From: Catajapyx aquilonaris
Lineage: Eukaryota
Length of the DNA: 41,015 bases
Assembly: GCA_000934665.2 (NCBI GenBank)
Contig: JYFJ02003770.1
Location: 1-41,015 of the forward strand
Direction: 5' to 3'
The notes beneath the pieces are model-generated. The model did not search any database. It was not told the DNA's origin and worked only from the letters and a program-made list of their open reading frames with translations. Position numbers and translations under genes: made by a program. Shown one piece after another: positions 13,002 to 25,869 of this stretch (its first letter is position 1; each line of letters starts with the position of its first letter).

Positions 13002-16000
13002 TTCTGCATCACCTGTCTTTCAACGTCTCTCCTATATGCTAATGATCAGGAGGTGCTCGTTCCAGGAAGAAATAGCCCGCATGAAGACATATACGGCTTC
13101 ATTTCGCATTCATTCAAACAAAAAACATGAAAATTCATTTTAAAATATGGACGATTTTTTTACAATGGTTTGCAAAATGTAGGCTACGACCCCATTACCG
13201 ACACCATCAATTATTTCAGAATAGTTCTGAATGGTTCTACGCATTTCTGCAGTGAATGTTAGCCTATCAAAGAGAGTGTGTTCGTGAAATAGGCCTACTG
13301 CTTAAACCCAAAGCATTGTCCTAATTTATTTTAAAATTCAAGCAATAGGTGTCCAAAAATGATATTATGCTATACAGTACCTACCTTATTTACCTCAGTG
13401 AAGTTACCCAAGTTCCATAATGAAGCACAAGGTAGGCCTATTTAATTTAAGAGTCACACATCGACATGTGCTGGCATCTGCAGATATATGTAAAAACTAC
13501 TCATGTGTTCCCAGGTGTTCCAGCCCCATGCGCAGGAATAACACGACTGTATCACTGTTGATAATACAGTATAGTATCGGTGGTTTCATGTTCCGGCTAC
13601 CTATGTTTATATTCACGCCATTACAAAGGGTACTGTCCCGCGCGTTATTACACACTTGATATGCAATGTTTTTATGGATAGTGAATATATCGCAACAGGA
13701 ATAAGTTCGCACGAAGTACAGTAGGTCATAACAATTTTTATCATAAACGCGTATCAAAATTTAGCTGAAATTCGGTGCTTAAGAATGTGGTGACGAAGAG
13801 GCCATAATTATGACATCATTTAAGAGAGGACGAATTATAGCTCAGTGAGTTTTTAGCTATAACTGAGTTGGGCAAGGCCTCGTATATGTGTGGCTAAAAA
13901 TACACTAATATCTACAGTATACGGTATGTGTAGAAAAAAGGCTGAAGGTCGTAACTAGAGGAATGGGATAAGGAGCAGGATGATCCAAAAAGGCCTTACG
14001 GAAAATAGCCTACAGATAGGCTAACCAATGAAATTCATGGACACTACCTGCTGTTCTTGCCGCCGGATTTTATGCATGGTGCATTGCTAGTCATGTTATT
14101 AATATTATCCAGTTAAGTGAACTCTTTTGCATTAATAATTATCATGTGCAATTGGCCTGTGAAAATGCTATTTTTTATACCTGCGTATTCCTGTAGAAGC
14201 TAAAAACAGGTGCGTCCACTCAGATTACTACACTGTGTTATGCACACTAATTATTATTATTCTTAATTGGTACGTGAGCCCAAATGGCGGTATAAATGGC
14301 CCATCCCAAATTTTACGGCATTTTCTACTCGATGTAATAACGTCACAGACACTGCTCGTTCCGGCTTTTGGACTGAGCAGAGGGTTTCGTTTCAGGAAAA
14401 TTAGTATTGTACTACTGTAGGTATAATGCTATATAAGCCTAGCCTCCAACTCTCCAATTCCAGGCTTATGAACAGAATATTTCATGAATATTTCATCTGA
14501 GAATTTCGTGACAGAACCCTACTCTAGACACTATCAAAGTTCGATTACTATACAAGAACAATGCATTTTATAGACTATTGTGCACTGCTATAAACATCTC
14601 TAGAGTGCATGTAACCTTTATGAAATCTATGAATGTAAATTGTTAAGATCAACTGAACAAATTACCTTACACCACAACTATATAGTTTGTCGCAGTGACA
14701 CCCCTACAAGTTTGGAGTTGGTACCTCGCTCACAAGGAAGTTAACAATATATAATTCTTCACAGTGCATCTACGGTATAGTTGCGCAGCAGCATGGAAAC
14801 TACCGTACCTATTTTCCAGAGCAGTAGGCCTTCCATAATACAGGTATAGTCATTAGCTCTTGGTATAGTATATTAATGTCCAATTAATCTTGTTAACGGC
14901 ATGGGCAGGTGTTCTACCAATTTCCTTGCAGCTTACTCGAAATATTCATGCATTTTGTCCATCTTTACATTCAAAGCTTTGGCAGAATAAGGCGTATATA
15001 TACGCCTTCTTCTGAACGTCATATTTCTTCCCTGAAAATCTCAAGATGTGTGTAGGAGGTTGCACGTCATAACTTTGTCCCCCCTTCTGTCACCTGTAGC
15101 CTCCACCACGGACCTGACATACGTCAATCAGCAGTTCCCCACCTCAGCCCGAGGCCCTCCTCCACTAATGCGGAAGAGTGGTACCTGCACCGATGCACTT
15201 CCCTGGAGCAAGCAGCATGACTCTAGAAAACCAGAAATAGCTCCAGCTGATTTCTACAAGGTTGGTTGGTACTGGGCTGATACAAGTGGGTTATATACCT
15301 GTCCTTCTCTTCCTGTCACGCTCGCACCAAGGAAGCTCTCTTTCAGGTATCTCGCCCTGTGTGAATCCCACCCTTGTATACCATCTTGTATCTTTTTAAT
15401 GAGGTTCTGTTTACCATCGTAGTTTTCGAGTCGCATCATCGCCACCTATTTTCTTAGTAGGATACATGTCTTATAATAATCAAATTGTTGCTCCGCCCCC
15501 CCGCGTGCGAGTCTCTCAGAGCGAAACAACATGTATCGCACAAGTTAGCACGCAATCTTATCGGTGTTTTTTTGTTGCTATACGCTTTGTCAGACGTAAC
15601 CACTGCATTTTTAGTGAAGATAAAATAAATATCACCAGCATACTGGAGATATTTTATAAAATGTCACAGAGTAATTGTTGTGCGCCTTTTGTATTTGTGA
15701 AGTATATCAACAGATTTTTTTTCCTTAACCAGATGTACCGTGCGGTTAATCTGGTGTCCTGTCGTACCGGCGTCGTAAAATACTTTCACAGGCGAAACAG
15801 ACTGCACACGTACAGTACCGTCTAAAGAGAGGCGGTTTGTTCAAGATTGTTCTCAGAGGTCAAGCTCCCTAGTTTTCCCCGGGAAGGTCAGTTCCTTCAC
15901 ACTATTCCCATAAGCGCAGTAGTATTTATTTAACTTTTTTTTCATTCAGTAAGGTGGAAGACCTTCAATAGAAATATACTTGATAATTACTACATATTTA

Positions 16001-16530
16001 CCCCAACTCGGAGCATGAAAACCGGAAAGGTACCAGATTCGTCACAAATTGCTCAGAGCTACCACATTTTACCTTAGGTATGTGGTCAGTTAGCCGATAG
16101 TATCTGTAGTGCCCAGGAGCATCCCCAAACAGTTTAAAAGCGGAAAATACCCAACCTGGATATATAGGGTGCCCTGTATGATTCATTCCTCCCTCCCCCG
16201 CTTTGTCACCTTCACCCAGAAGACACGTAGATCCCCGATTAACGTCACTATTCTGTAGCCGTGTCAGAATAGTGCACATTCACTCCCCCTTAGCACTCCC
16301 AATTGTGCTTCTAGGCATAAACTGACACAAATCAAGGTCGCAGGTTTTTCAACGGAAGCGACCTCCAGTGCCATACCAGTGCATCTGCAGTCATTCAGAA
16401 TACTCTTCTGGAGCGAAGCAGTCGCCCATTCCGACTGCTTCTCTCTTCGCTCATTGACATCTGCTGCTCGTACGAGGGTGTACCAAACATACTGTCTGCT
16501 GACCAGTGACAATAAGGGACCTGTTGAACC

Positions 16531-17863
16531 ATGAGGAGCACCGCTTTCATTCTGCTGTCGCTGTACTGGCGACAGATAGTGCTATGGGTAACACCTGTCG
16601 CGCTTCTGCCGCTGCTCATCATATCTCCGTCAGTGGTAAGTTCTATTTAATATCTCGATTATTATGGGATGTTTTGGCATGTATTGCGAAAAAAAATATC
16701 AAATGGAGCGAGTCCAAGTGGGAGAATGCTGCAGTTGGTGAAGCACCCGTTTGGTGACAATAGTTACACCACGATCTTACTCATTGTGGTATGTGTTGTA
16801 TGTCCTACAGTGAAAAATGGCAAAATATGTCAATGCCGGCACGTGGCATTTATATTCCAGCTGATAATAAATAGTACAAGTGCATGGGAAATAAATTGTT
16901 CTAATAGGTCGTCAATCACACGTACAGTATATTACGATGGAAGTCTGTTCATGCTGGATGTTGATGTCTGACTTTGATAAGTGGACTCAAGCCACTGATT
17001 TTCTTTAACAATGGAATGCGTGGCTCAGACCTACATGTGAGCTTCTTGCACGTCGCGTCGTGCGAAAATGACCATCGCGGTTATTATCCTGAGCACAATT
17101 GGCAGAACGATTACTTATTATTACAACTTGTCACTTATCACGCAGTGAGTATGTCTATTAGTAAATGGAACACATTATTAACTTGGCATCAAAGTACTTT
17201 GAATGAAATCATAACCGATAAAATTTTCAATCTCACATTATGTTCTAAAAGCTAAAACAAAATAATAAGAAACTAGTTGATTTTTATAATACTAATTAGA
17301 AGTTAATTACACAAGTTGAGCATTACATGCCACTCGAGCCGTAATAAAATGTACTTAATGCACAGTATACAGAAAATTCAAAATTACATACCCAAACGGA
17401 AAAAAAAACAATTACAAAATTTGCAGATAGTTACTTCGCCTGTGAAACTACGCTGCAGGGTAATTAATACTTTAGTACTGTAGTATATGTCATTGAAAGG
17501 ACTACACATAGCATACTCTCTAATATTCATATGGACCTTGGCACTTATTACACACAGTTTCGCGTGTTATATAAATATCACACATAAAATGTACATTTTC
17601 GAGGTTTGTGCAGCATCCTTGGTTGTGATATCACTCTTTGGTCGCGGATGGGATATAATTTCGGTAATGCTATATCTTATGCGCCGAAATCCAAAGATGG
17701 TCATTACTTCTCACAGTCAGTGCATAAATTCCTAATATAGTCAGTGCAGGCGAAAGTGCCTGTCAAAAAGATAGTTCAATTTCAATACAGCTAAGCGCAA
17801 TCAAGAGAGTCGTTGTGTGACTGCCAATCCAGCCCAGAAACATGCAAAAGTTACTGGCCTGCC

Positions 17864-17926
<63 letters not shown>

Positions 17927-20900
17927 TTGTGGGTAATGCTTTCACCCCTTCGGGGTATATAGCATGGACCTTTATTGTATTTTAAGTTGTTAAGTAAGTA
18001 CATATGGTGCCTTTTTAATGAAAGCCCGGGCCCACGGGCAGGGTGACAGCAGGGGATGTGCAAGGTGCAGTGCAATGTCGTAGCTGTGGTCATTTTGTGA
18101 ACTCCCCCGGGTGGTTTAGTCTATTGGAAATACCACCCGAGACGAAGCCAGAGATGACCCCGAACTCTGCACGAGATGAATGGGGTGTCCCCGGGCTGGG
18201 ATCGAACCCGGGACCTTAACATCCGTGGGCGCATACGTTACAGCAGCGCCACTCCGTCTCCCTCTCGCAATTATTCTTATATGCAGGCCTATAAATGAGA
18301 AGGCCTAATATTACGTGAAGCTATAAATGCCTCTATCTCATTAGGAGTACATCACGTTCTAACTGATTTGTGCTCTCGTATCCTATAGTAATTTGCAACA
18401 CTTGACGGAGTAATTGGTGGGATCGTGGGACATAGAGCTTGTGACAGCCAATGTGTGCAGAACAATCATAAAACAAAATTAAAATTGAGTGCCTATACAG
18501 CAAGGTGTATACACCTTGCTATACAGTAGAAGTACTTCACCAACTTCACCATACCATTAGTTCTTGACCATACTAAGAAACCATTGTGGTTAACCGCGTT
18601 ACTCAATCTCGGTACAGTACTATTTTCAACATAACCTCGATGGGTGACTATTTTGCATTAGTTACATTTCTACCTGCCACCTGTGCCTGTGGCGAAAGAG
18701 ACCGTACTGAAGCTCCTGAAACCTCAAAGTGCCTCTGTTATCCTTGTATACTGTACAGTTGTACGTAGAAAGTAGAAACGCTCCCCTGCTGGTACCTTCA
18801 CTTACCCGCTCTACCTATACATCAGTACCACCAAACCCCTAACCCTTCTGACAAGCATCACCTACCGCGTTTGTCTTGAGCACTCTTCTTGGCCAGACCA
18901 ACCCAGACCACCAGAATGAATGTCGTCAATGGTCTTTGACACTAGCAGCGCGGGTTCCGGGCTCACAGTCCTCACACCAGGCCGACCCGCCGTATGTTCT
19001 CCCCTGGGCCCTCCGCACTGTACCTCTCCGTCGATCCCATGGCCCCCACATAATGACCTGGCTAGGTCACGGGTCATTGAGCACTCCCCCATGGCCCACC
19101 CCACTGATTCGTACCGCGCCAACACTCAAAAAGGGCTCTTCACCCCTCTATTCCAAAATGGCGGACAACTGCGACGTTGCCAATTCGGATACATGCAGTG
19201 ATGCCGCGATTTGCAAAGGAAAAATTCTTCACAATAATTAAAATTATATTACGTTGGCTTTTTTCATGATTTTATGTCAATTTATCTTTATTATTATTAT
19301 TAAGTTTTTGCTCTGGTTTGTGACCGTATATTTATACTTTTTGTACTTAAAATTTGTGTCTAGCTTTTTTATTTTCTGTAACATTATCCTCCATGCACTC
19401 GCAAAAGTAAATTTGCATGCCTATATATTTTGAGGGTTTTTTCGCGTCTATTTAAAGGTTTATTTGTGCCTATTTCAGGGTATTTTCTTGCCTATAAAAA
19501 TGATGGCTTTGTACTTATTACATTAGTACACTAATTCCTGCCGGTACTGTGCTCCACGAAGCATCTACGAAAAGAATGGGAAAAATAATAAATGTGACAA
19601 GACAAGTCGAAATCTAGGGAGCTTACAAATTGCTAAATAATTTATAGAAATTCTAGATTCCGACATACCTGGTGATATCTTAAATTAGTTTTACGTGCCT
19701 CCATTATTTTTCTTGATAATTTCAGCTGTTATTCTCTTGAAGAATTTCACGAAATAACTATAAAGAAAACCTTTGGCCAGTTGTAAGCACATACAGTAGG
19801 CCCTACTATAGCATGTGTCGAAAAGGTGTAGTCCCGTCTGTCATCTCAGCAGTATAGGCCTATTGAGCGCTTAATTGGTTTGAGTCATTTGGCATAATAT
19901 TACGCTATAAAAGAGAATTTTGCAACTAATAACTCACTATCAGAATTTTGGAGTCAGCTAAAACATCTGCATGGAAATTATGATCGTCTAGTTTCTAGTA
20001 GTAGACTAATGTCAATTAAACACCAGGGTGGGGAATTTAAGGTGCCTTCGCTTTGGGGAACAATAGTGGGGTTTTATGTACACATGGCACGTCCGGGCCT
20101 AGTTAGTAGTTACCGAGATAATTGGCATTAAATACAGTTGACTATACTGAGGTGTGAATATACTGTATGTACTGTACTTCATTTGTAAGGTGTCAACAAC
20201 AGGGTGTCAATCTAATTTACCGTGTACGTATTTTATTTGTATTACACGGTATTGTAACGTGCATTAATTTTTATCCGCCCAAAACAAACCCTTTGTAATT
20301 ATGGTGCCTGGTACAAGTTTTTTTAATTGCCTGAAGTACTGAACATACATGCGAAAAAAATGAAATGAACCTTTCAAAATGCTGGGGGTTGGGGTGGGGG
20401 CGGCAGCAAAAGTAGCAATAACATCTTATTTATTGGGTACTACTTGTTGGCATTTGGGAAGTATGACTGCATGATACTTTTGCTTCGTTTGTCATTCTTG
20501 TATCAATGTCATGGGTGCTTCAGTCATATGAGCATTTACTTAAACGCATGACTCATCTTCCATTCAACACTGCCTGACGTCAGACACGATTGGAATACAC
20601 AGAAGTAATCTTGAATAATTTACTTTGCTTTTCAATAGATGTTGATCTTAAACCATGACTTAAGACTGCCATCTTCTGCATGTGTCCAGTGACGCAAGCA
20701 CAATTCGAATGAAATTACTAATTATGAGGTTGCGTTCATTCGGATCACGCCCTTCAAAAAATTTGCATGGTTTTGTTTTGCCGAGTCACTATTTTTAGAC
20801 CCTGTTGTGTAAGAAAATACTGAAAAACGCTATGAACGTTTGAGTATTTTTCGTGAGAAACAGATATGTTGTAAGTCACCCTCTCCATGTTTGTGCAGAT

Positions 20901-23900
20901 ATACTGTATGTGCAGTAAACATCCAGCTGAGATGCAACTTATTTTTAGGCCACAATAATACGCGCACGATACCGAGATATCAGCAATTAAGTTGTCGGCA
21001 ATGAAATCTACACCCTGACAAGGACACTTGTTAATTAGCCTGAGAAGATCATATCTTTTGAGAGCACGTCACACCACAACAAATAATTTTGACCCCAACT
21101 TTGATCCGCTCTCTACCAGCTTTGCTATAGTACACACTCGTCTAGCGTGCAAGAAATTTGTTAAGAAAAAAGTGTGTTGACTTGTTGTTTACATTTCCAG
21201 GAAAACAGATGCGCATACGTGGTCCTGATCATGGCGATTTATTGGGTGACGGAAGCCATCCCCTTGGCTGTCACCTCTCTGATACCCGTGGCGCTATTTC
21301 CTGCCCTAGGAGTGTTGTCCACCTCAGAGGTGTGCGAGCAGTACCTGAAGGACACCAACATGATGTTCCTCGGTGGCCTCCTCATTGCCATGGCCGTGGA
21401 ACACTGCAGCCTCCACCGTCGCATAGCCCTGATAGTGCTGATGGCGGTCCGTGGAAGTCCCAGATTGTGAGTACACACGGTCCTAATTTCAACCTTTCCC
21501 TTCCGGGTATGTACCGTAGCCGGTACCATGCAAGCTGAAGCGGATGCAAGGCCAACCACACATTACTGGTCGAAGGTCATCGTGTTCACCGGAAGAAGCG
21601 TCTCCAAGGAGCCAATCTGCGTATTATGGACGCGTCCCGGAAAGAGACGCCAAGGAGCCAATTTGAACACTGTATACATGATGTTGGCAGCATCAACTGT
21701 AGAAGCAGCCATCCGAATCTGCGAACAAAAAAAAAATTTACAGGCACACGATTCATTGGAAAGAGAAAGGAAGAGTGGAATCAGAAAAGGGCAAGGTTGT
21801 GAAGTTGTCAAGCAAATGACAATCGCATCGAATAGCATATAGGATGGACGTCAACTAAAGGTCACCTCTCTGGCCAACTCCTTGTTTTTCCGTGTGATTA
21901 TGTTGAAATTCTGCATGTCAGAAGATGATGTCTCATTATTCATCTGGAAATTATGCTTGTCTTCTGGTTAGATTTAATTGTCGGATGGGCAATTTTCACT
22001 CTGACATCTTTGCTGCAAATTGAGGCATTCCGTGCATATGTTGCTGTACCCTTTGGAGTGTAGAGGACAGTCGCGGTTATTATGGGCATAATACTAGACA
22101 CTTACACGCGGTCATTTTTGAACTATGGGAAAACCCTCATGAATCTTCCCGAGGAAAATAAACTACGTTTGTGAATGAATTCTGAGAAAGAGGCGTACGT
22201 ATCATAGAGTACACGTCCCAACTACCAAGTGACTATGTTTTTGTAGTGCTTAAAAAACACCGAGATAAAAAGACAGGCGATGCTTAAATGGAAAAGGTTG
22301 CTCAAGGCTACCACGCAGGATAGACTCCACGCTCTGTCTATAATTTGCCTATGAGAGTGCACCAGGTGCCCGGAGTTCCCACCGGCATGAGTGTGTGGTT
22401 TTTCTAATTGAACCAGTTCAAATCCAGTTGCCACTTTTGAACATCGCACGAAGTTCCAGGTGGTCATCGCAAGACGTCATAAAATTACACCGCGAATAAT
22501 GTGCGACATCCGGTGGTACTTTTGCATAGACGTCAATGTGATGTTTTTGCGACCTGACGTATATAAACAGGCTCGGTGATATATGGACTGTACCTGTTGG
22601 TACGGTTCGCCTCTCAGCTTCGGTCTTATTAGTCACCCTTTCTAGTTACAATTATTGGACTATCCCCGGAACTGAATGTGTCTCCGACTTCTCACATAAA
22701 CTGCATGTGTTGGTTACAATATTATATCATGTAACATAAAAACATTGCCTAATTCGCCATATTCGCCTATTTCATATTGAAATGGAATAAAGAACAATTA
22801 ATAGGCATCATTTACTTGTACTTCCGCCCTTCCGGTGACATGATTTATAGTTCATGTATAGCGTGATTTCGGTTTCATAACGCCGCTGGCATTACGTACA
22901 TTGAAAATTAATGAGTAATTTTCTTTTCATTTCCGGTTCCAGCCTGCTTCTGGGCATCATGCTAACCACGATGTTTCTGTCAATGTGGATCACCAACCTG
23001 GCAGCCACCGCTATGATGATCCCTATAGCTATGGCCACTCTTTCAGTCCTATCTAAGGTAGGGTGTCTCAAGTTTAACTGCTCCTGACGCACAAAACGCA
23101 ACTTAAAAAGGGATATAATATTGGTCAAATCATATTATCATCTCTTTTGTTCCGCTGCTAACAGTCAAGTTCTTATGACATGCTATTGACAACACGTGCC
23201 ATTGCACAACCAAACTCTAGGAAGATGTGAATATACTCGGGTATGTGATGCTACATATGAATTTTTCACTAATATTTTGCAGTGCGACGAGGGTGTGACT
23301 GTACAAGACCCAGAGAGAGGTCACCATCAAAATGGAGGTCCCCCAGCTCTGACAGTACCTGCAGGAAGGTAATTAAATCGCATGAGGTGCATATGACTGT
23401 ATCATTCAATCCATGAGAAAATCACAACAGCCCATTTTCATATCCCATGTTTAGCGGAGAGCCAGGTAGTGACCAGCAAGTGTCACAGTCAGCGGCAGCC
23501 CTGATGAAACAGCGTCAAACCGCATACCTGCTAGGAATCGCCTTCTCATCTACCATTGGCGGAAGAGGAACTCTTCCTGGTGCATCAGGAAACCTGGTAT
23601 ACATCGGCATTCTTGAGAGGTAATCACGTAATCTAGTTCGTCACCCTCGCTATTTACATAATTCTACGTCACATACTGTACCTACTATTTTCCCCCCACG
23701 TGCCGGTCTGATTTGGTGTGTGAAGATGCAAGGCTATCGCCACCTTCACCTTGAAGAAAGGTGGGGCCCGGTGGGGCCACACCATTCTCAAGGTCTCGAG
23801 GTTATCCTTTCACACACGCAACCCAAGTGCCTGAAATGCACGCCGGGAAGCGTCACAGGCAGGCGCGTTTAGAAAGAGTTGTCCACTTGGTTGTCCATCG

Positions 23901-25126
23901 AGCATTGTGTTCAGTACAGCTATATAGAGCAACTATTCAATTGACATGTGTCACAAACAGTAGACATGACCAGACATTCTACCCAATGCAATTTCATTAA
24001 CCAGGTTATATATCATCCTTTCTTAGCGTGTTCAAGGAGACTAGTGTGACATATGCAACTTGGATGGCGTTCAACGTGCCTCCCATGTTGATATCAACCA
24101 TCTTGACATGGGTGCTGCTTCAATATATGCATCTTGGTCTGAAAAGCAGTAGTGAGGAGTGTGGGAAGAGCAAGGCTGTGAGGGCAGAGATCCGACAGCA
24201 GTATGCTAATATGGGTGCTATGAATTTCCACCAGTCTGCCATCAGCTTTCTCTTCGTTCTTGCCATCATTCTGTGGTTCAGCAGGGACCCCAGATTCATG
24301 CCTGGATGGGCTGCATACATCAGTGACAAGTATGTGCATGCCACTTGTGGATTTTTATTGTATCCATTAGGTTAGCAATATTAAATCACAATTCCCTCAT
24401 TCTTGTGCACTTAGGACCATAAAAGATGCAACACCAGCAATTGCAGTGATCCTGTTCCTGTTTGTGCTCCCATCTGATCTGCGTTTGCTGTCAGCTCTTG
24501 GTAGCGGCCACCTCTCAGAACTCCGAAAGTTGGAGCCATCCCCAGCTCTGCTTCCATGGGAACTGGCAGTAAAGCGTGTGTCGTGGAGTGTCTTAATCCT
24601 GATGGGTGGCTCATATGCCATGTCTTTAGCCCTGGAGAGAAGTGGATTATCAAGTGCACTTGGAAAGCAGATGCTGATTCTCAGACCACTCCCCCAGCCA
24701 GTGATAGTCCTGTGTGTGATGGTAGTGGCTTCTCTCCTAACAGAGCTTGCCTCCAATGCAGCTGTAACGTCAATCCTACTTCCAATCACTAATAACCTGT
24801 CCCTTGCCTTAAGAATCAACCCCATCTACTTAACCCTTCCTGTGGCACTAGCAGCTTCATTTTCGTTCATGTTGCCAGTTGCAACACCAACAAATGCACT
24901 AGTTGTATCTGCTGCAACTACTACTTCCACAACATCTAAAACAAACAAGGCATTTTCTACGATAACAATGGTGAGGGATGGACTCGGAGCAAAGATCATC
25001 TGCTTGGTCGTCACATTTGTTATGATTCATGTGTATGGTCCACTTGTGTTTGACCTGAACCAGTTCCCTAAATGGGCAGAAGCAGCAGCCAATAGGACAG
25101 CACACCTCATCGGGGAAACAGCATGA
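16531..25126 (+). CDS. Indy: SLC13/DASS family Indy-like transporter, paralog C (complete, about 583 aa, intron-poor 3' half)
   Basis: Exons: 16531-16635 ([35 protein letters not shown]), 21201-21466, 22943-23057, 23283-23368, 23455-23619, 24027-24329, 24415-25126 (1752 nt, phases consistent). Motifs: [65 protein letters not shown]-terminal sequon NRT. Confidence 0.92.
17864..17926. repeat. (AAT)n microsatellite (SINE tail)
   Basis: About 21 perfect AAT units. Confidence 0.95.
17864..18262 (-). mobile_element. tRNA-derived SINE with (TTA)n tail
   Basis: Minus strand begins GGGAGACGGAGTGGCGCTGCTGTAACG (A-box-like) ... AAGGTCCCGGGTTCGATCCC (B box). About 330 nt of head plus body, then about 21 TTA units (17864-17926). 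Confidence 0.8.
18493..18526. mobile_element. Collapsed hAT-like remnant: 18-bp palindrome between 8-bp direct repeats
   Basis: CTATACAG (18493-18500) + CAAGGTGTATACACCTTG (18501-18518, perfect palindrome) + CTATACAG (18519-18526). Confidence 0.55.
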
Positions 25127-25869
25127 AGAAATATGCCCAAATGCAAGAAAGCTATGTTGTGAATATTGGATTCCAAGCAAACATCATATAGCATGCCAAT
25201 ATCCTAGTGATGTTCTTGCCCAGCTGACAGTGCATATGTGAAGGGCAATGATGTCATAAATCAGTGAACATCATATCATGGCAGGCCCTAGCCAACTTGT
25301 TATGTCCCTTCCAAGTCATGTTACTTCATACCATTCCTTCCTCACTCATTACTCAAGCATGGGACATCTCAGCAAGATATGTTGAACTGGTGTGTGGTGG
25401 AGTTTGAGCCATCAAAACATCAAGTAATCCAGGTTTCATTGCATATTTTTTCCCACTCTCCACTTCCATTAGTGGGTTTTACTTCCGACCCACTGGTACA
25501 ACTATTGATGCCACCGCTACTTTTCCCCTTTTTATGTAACTTCATAAGCATTTAGATATAAGATGGGCAGCAATGCATTCGTCTTAAAGTATGGACAAAC
25601 TTTAGTACAATGCGGAAGAAGGGTGGGAAAAGTGATGCATATTCATACATTTGTATTAATGTAACATGCCAGTAAAACAATGAAATATAGTAATGCCTTT
25701 CTGTGGAGAAAATGGACCTGAGTTGAGCCTACTGTTACTTCAGACATGGGGAATGAAAAAAATAACTTCTTACAAATAATACATATACAATCCTGCTAAC
25801 AAAGCTGAATTTACTTGGAACACTAAATCAGTTGTTCCTCTTGGATTCCTCTAATAGTCTAATTCTTAA

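Noticed and set aside
18170..18262. Functional tRNA genes here and at 38411-38490
   Set aside because: They have A/B boxes but no convincing cloverleaf, and are attached to a shared SINE body.
21528..22200. Possible decayed transposase or coding remnant in paralog C intron 2
   Set aside because: Coding-like composition, but frames are broken and no diagnostic motif or TIR could be recognised.
24971..24976. GTGAGG as a retained donor at the position of the A/B intron 10
   Set aside because: Read-through is exactly colinear with the next exon of A and B, leaving no room for an intron.
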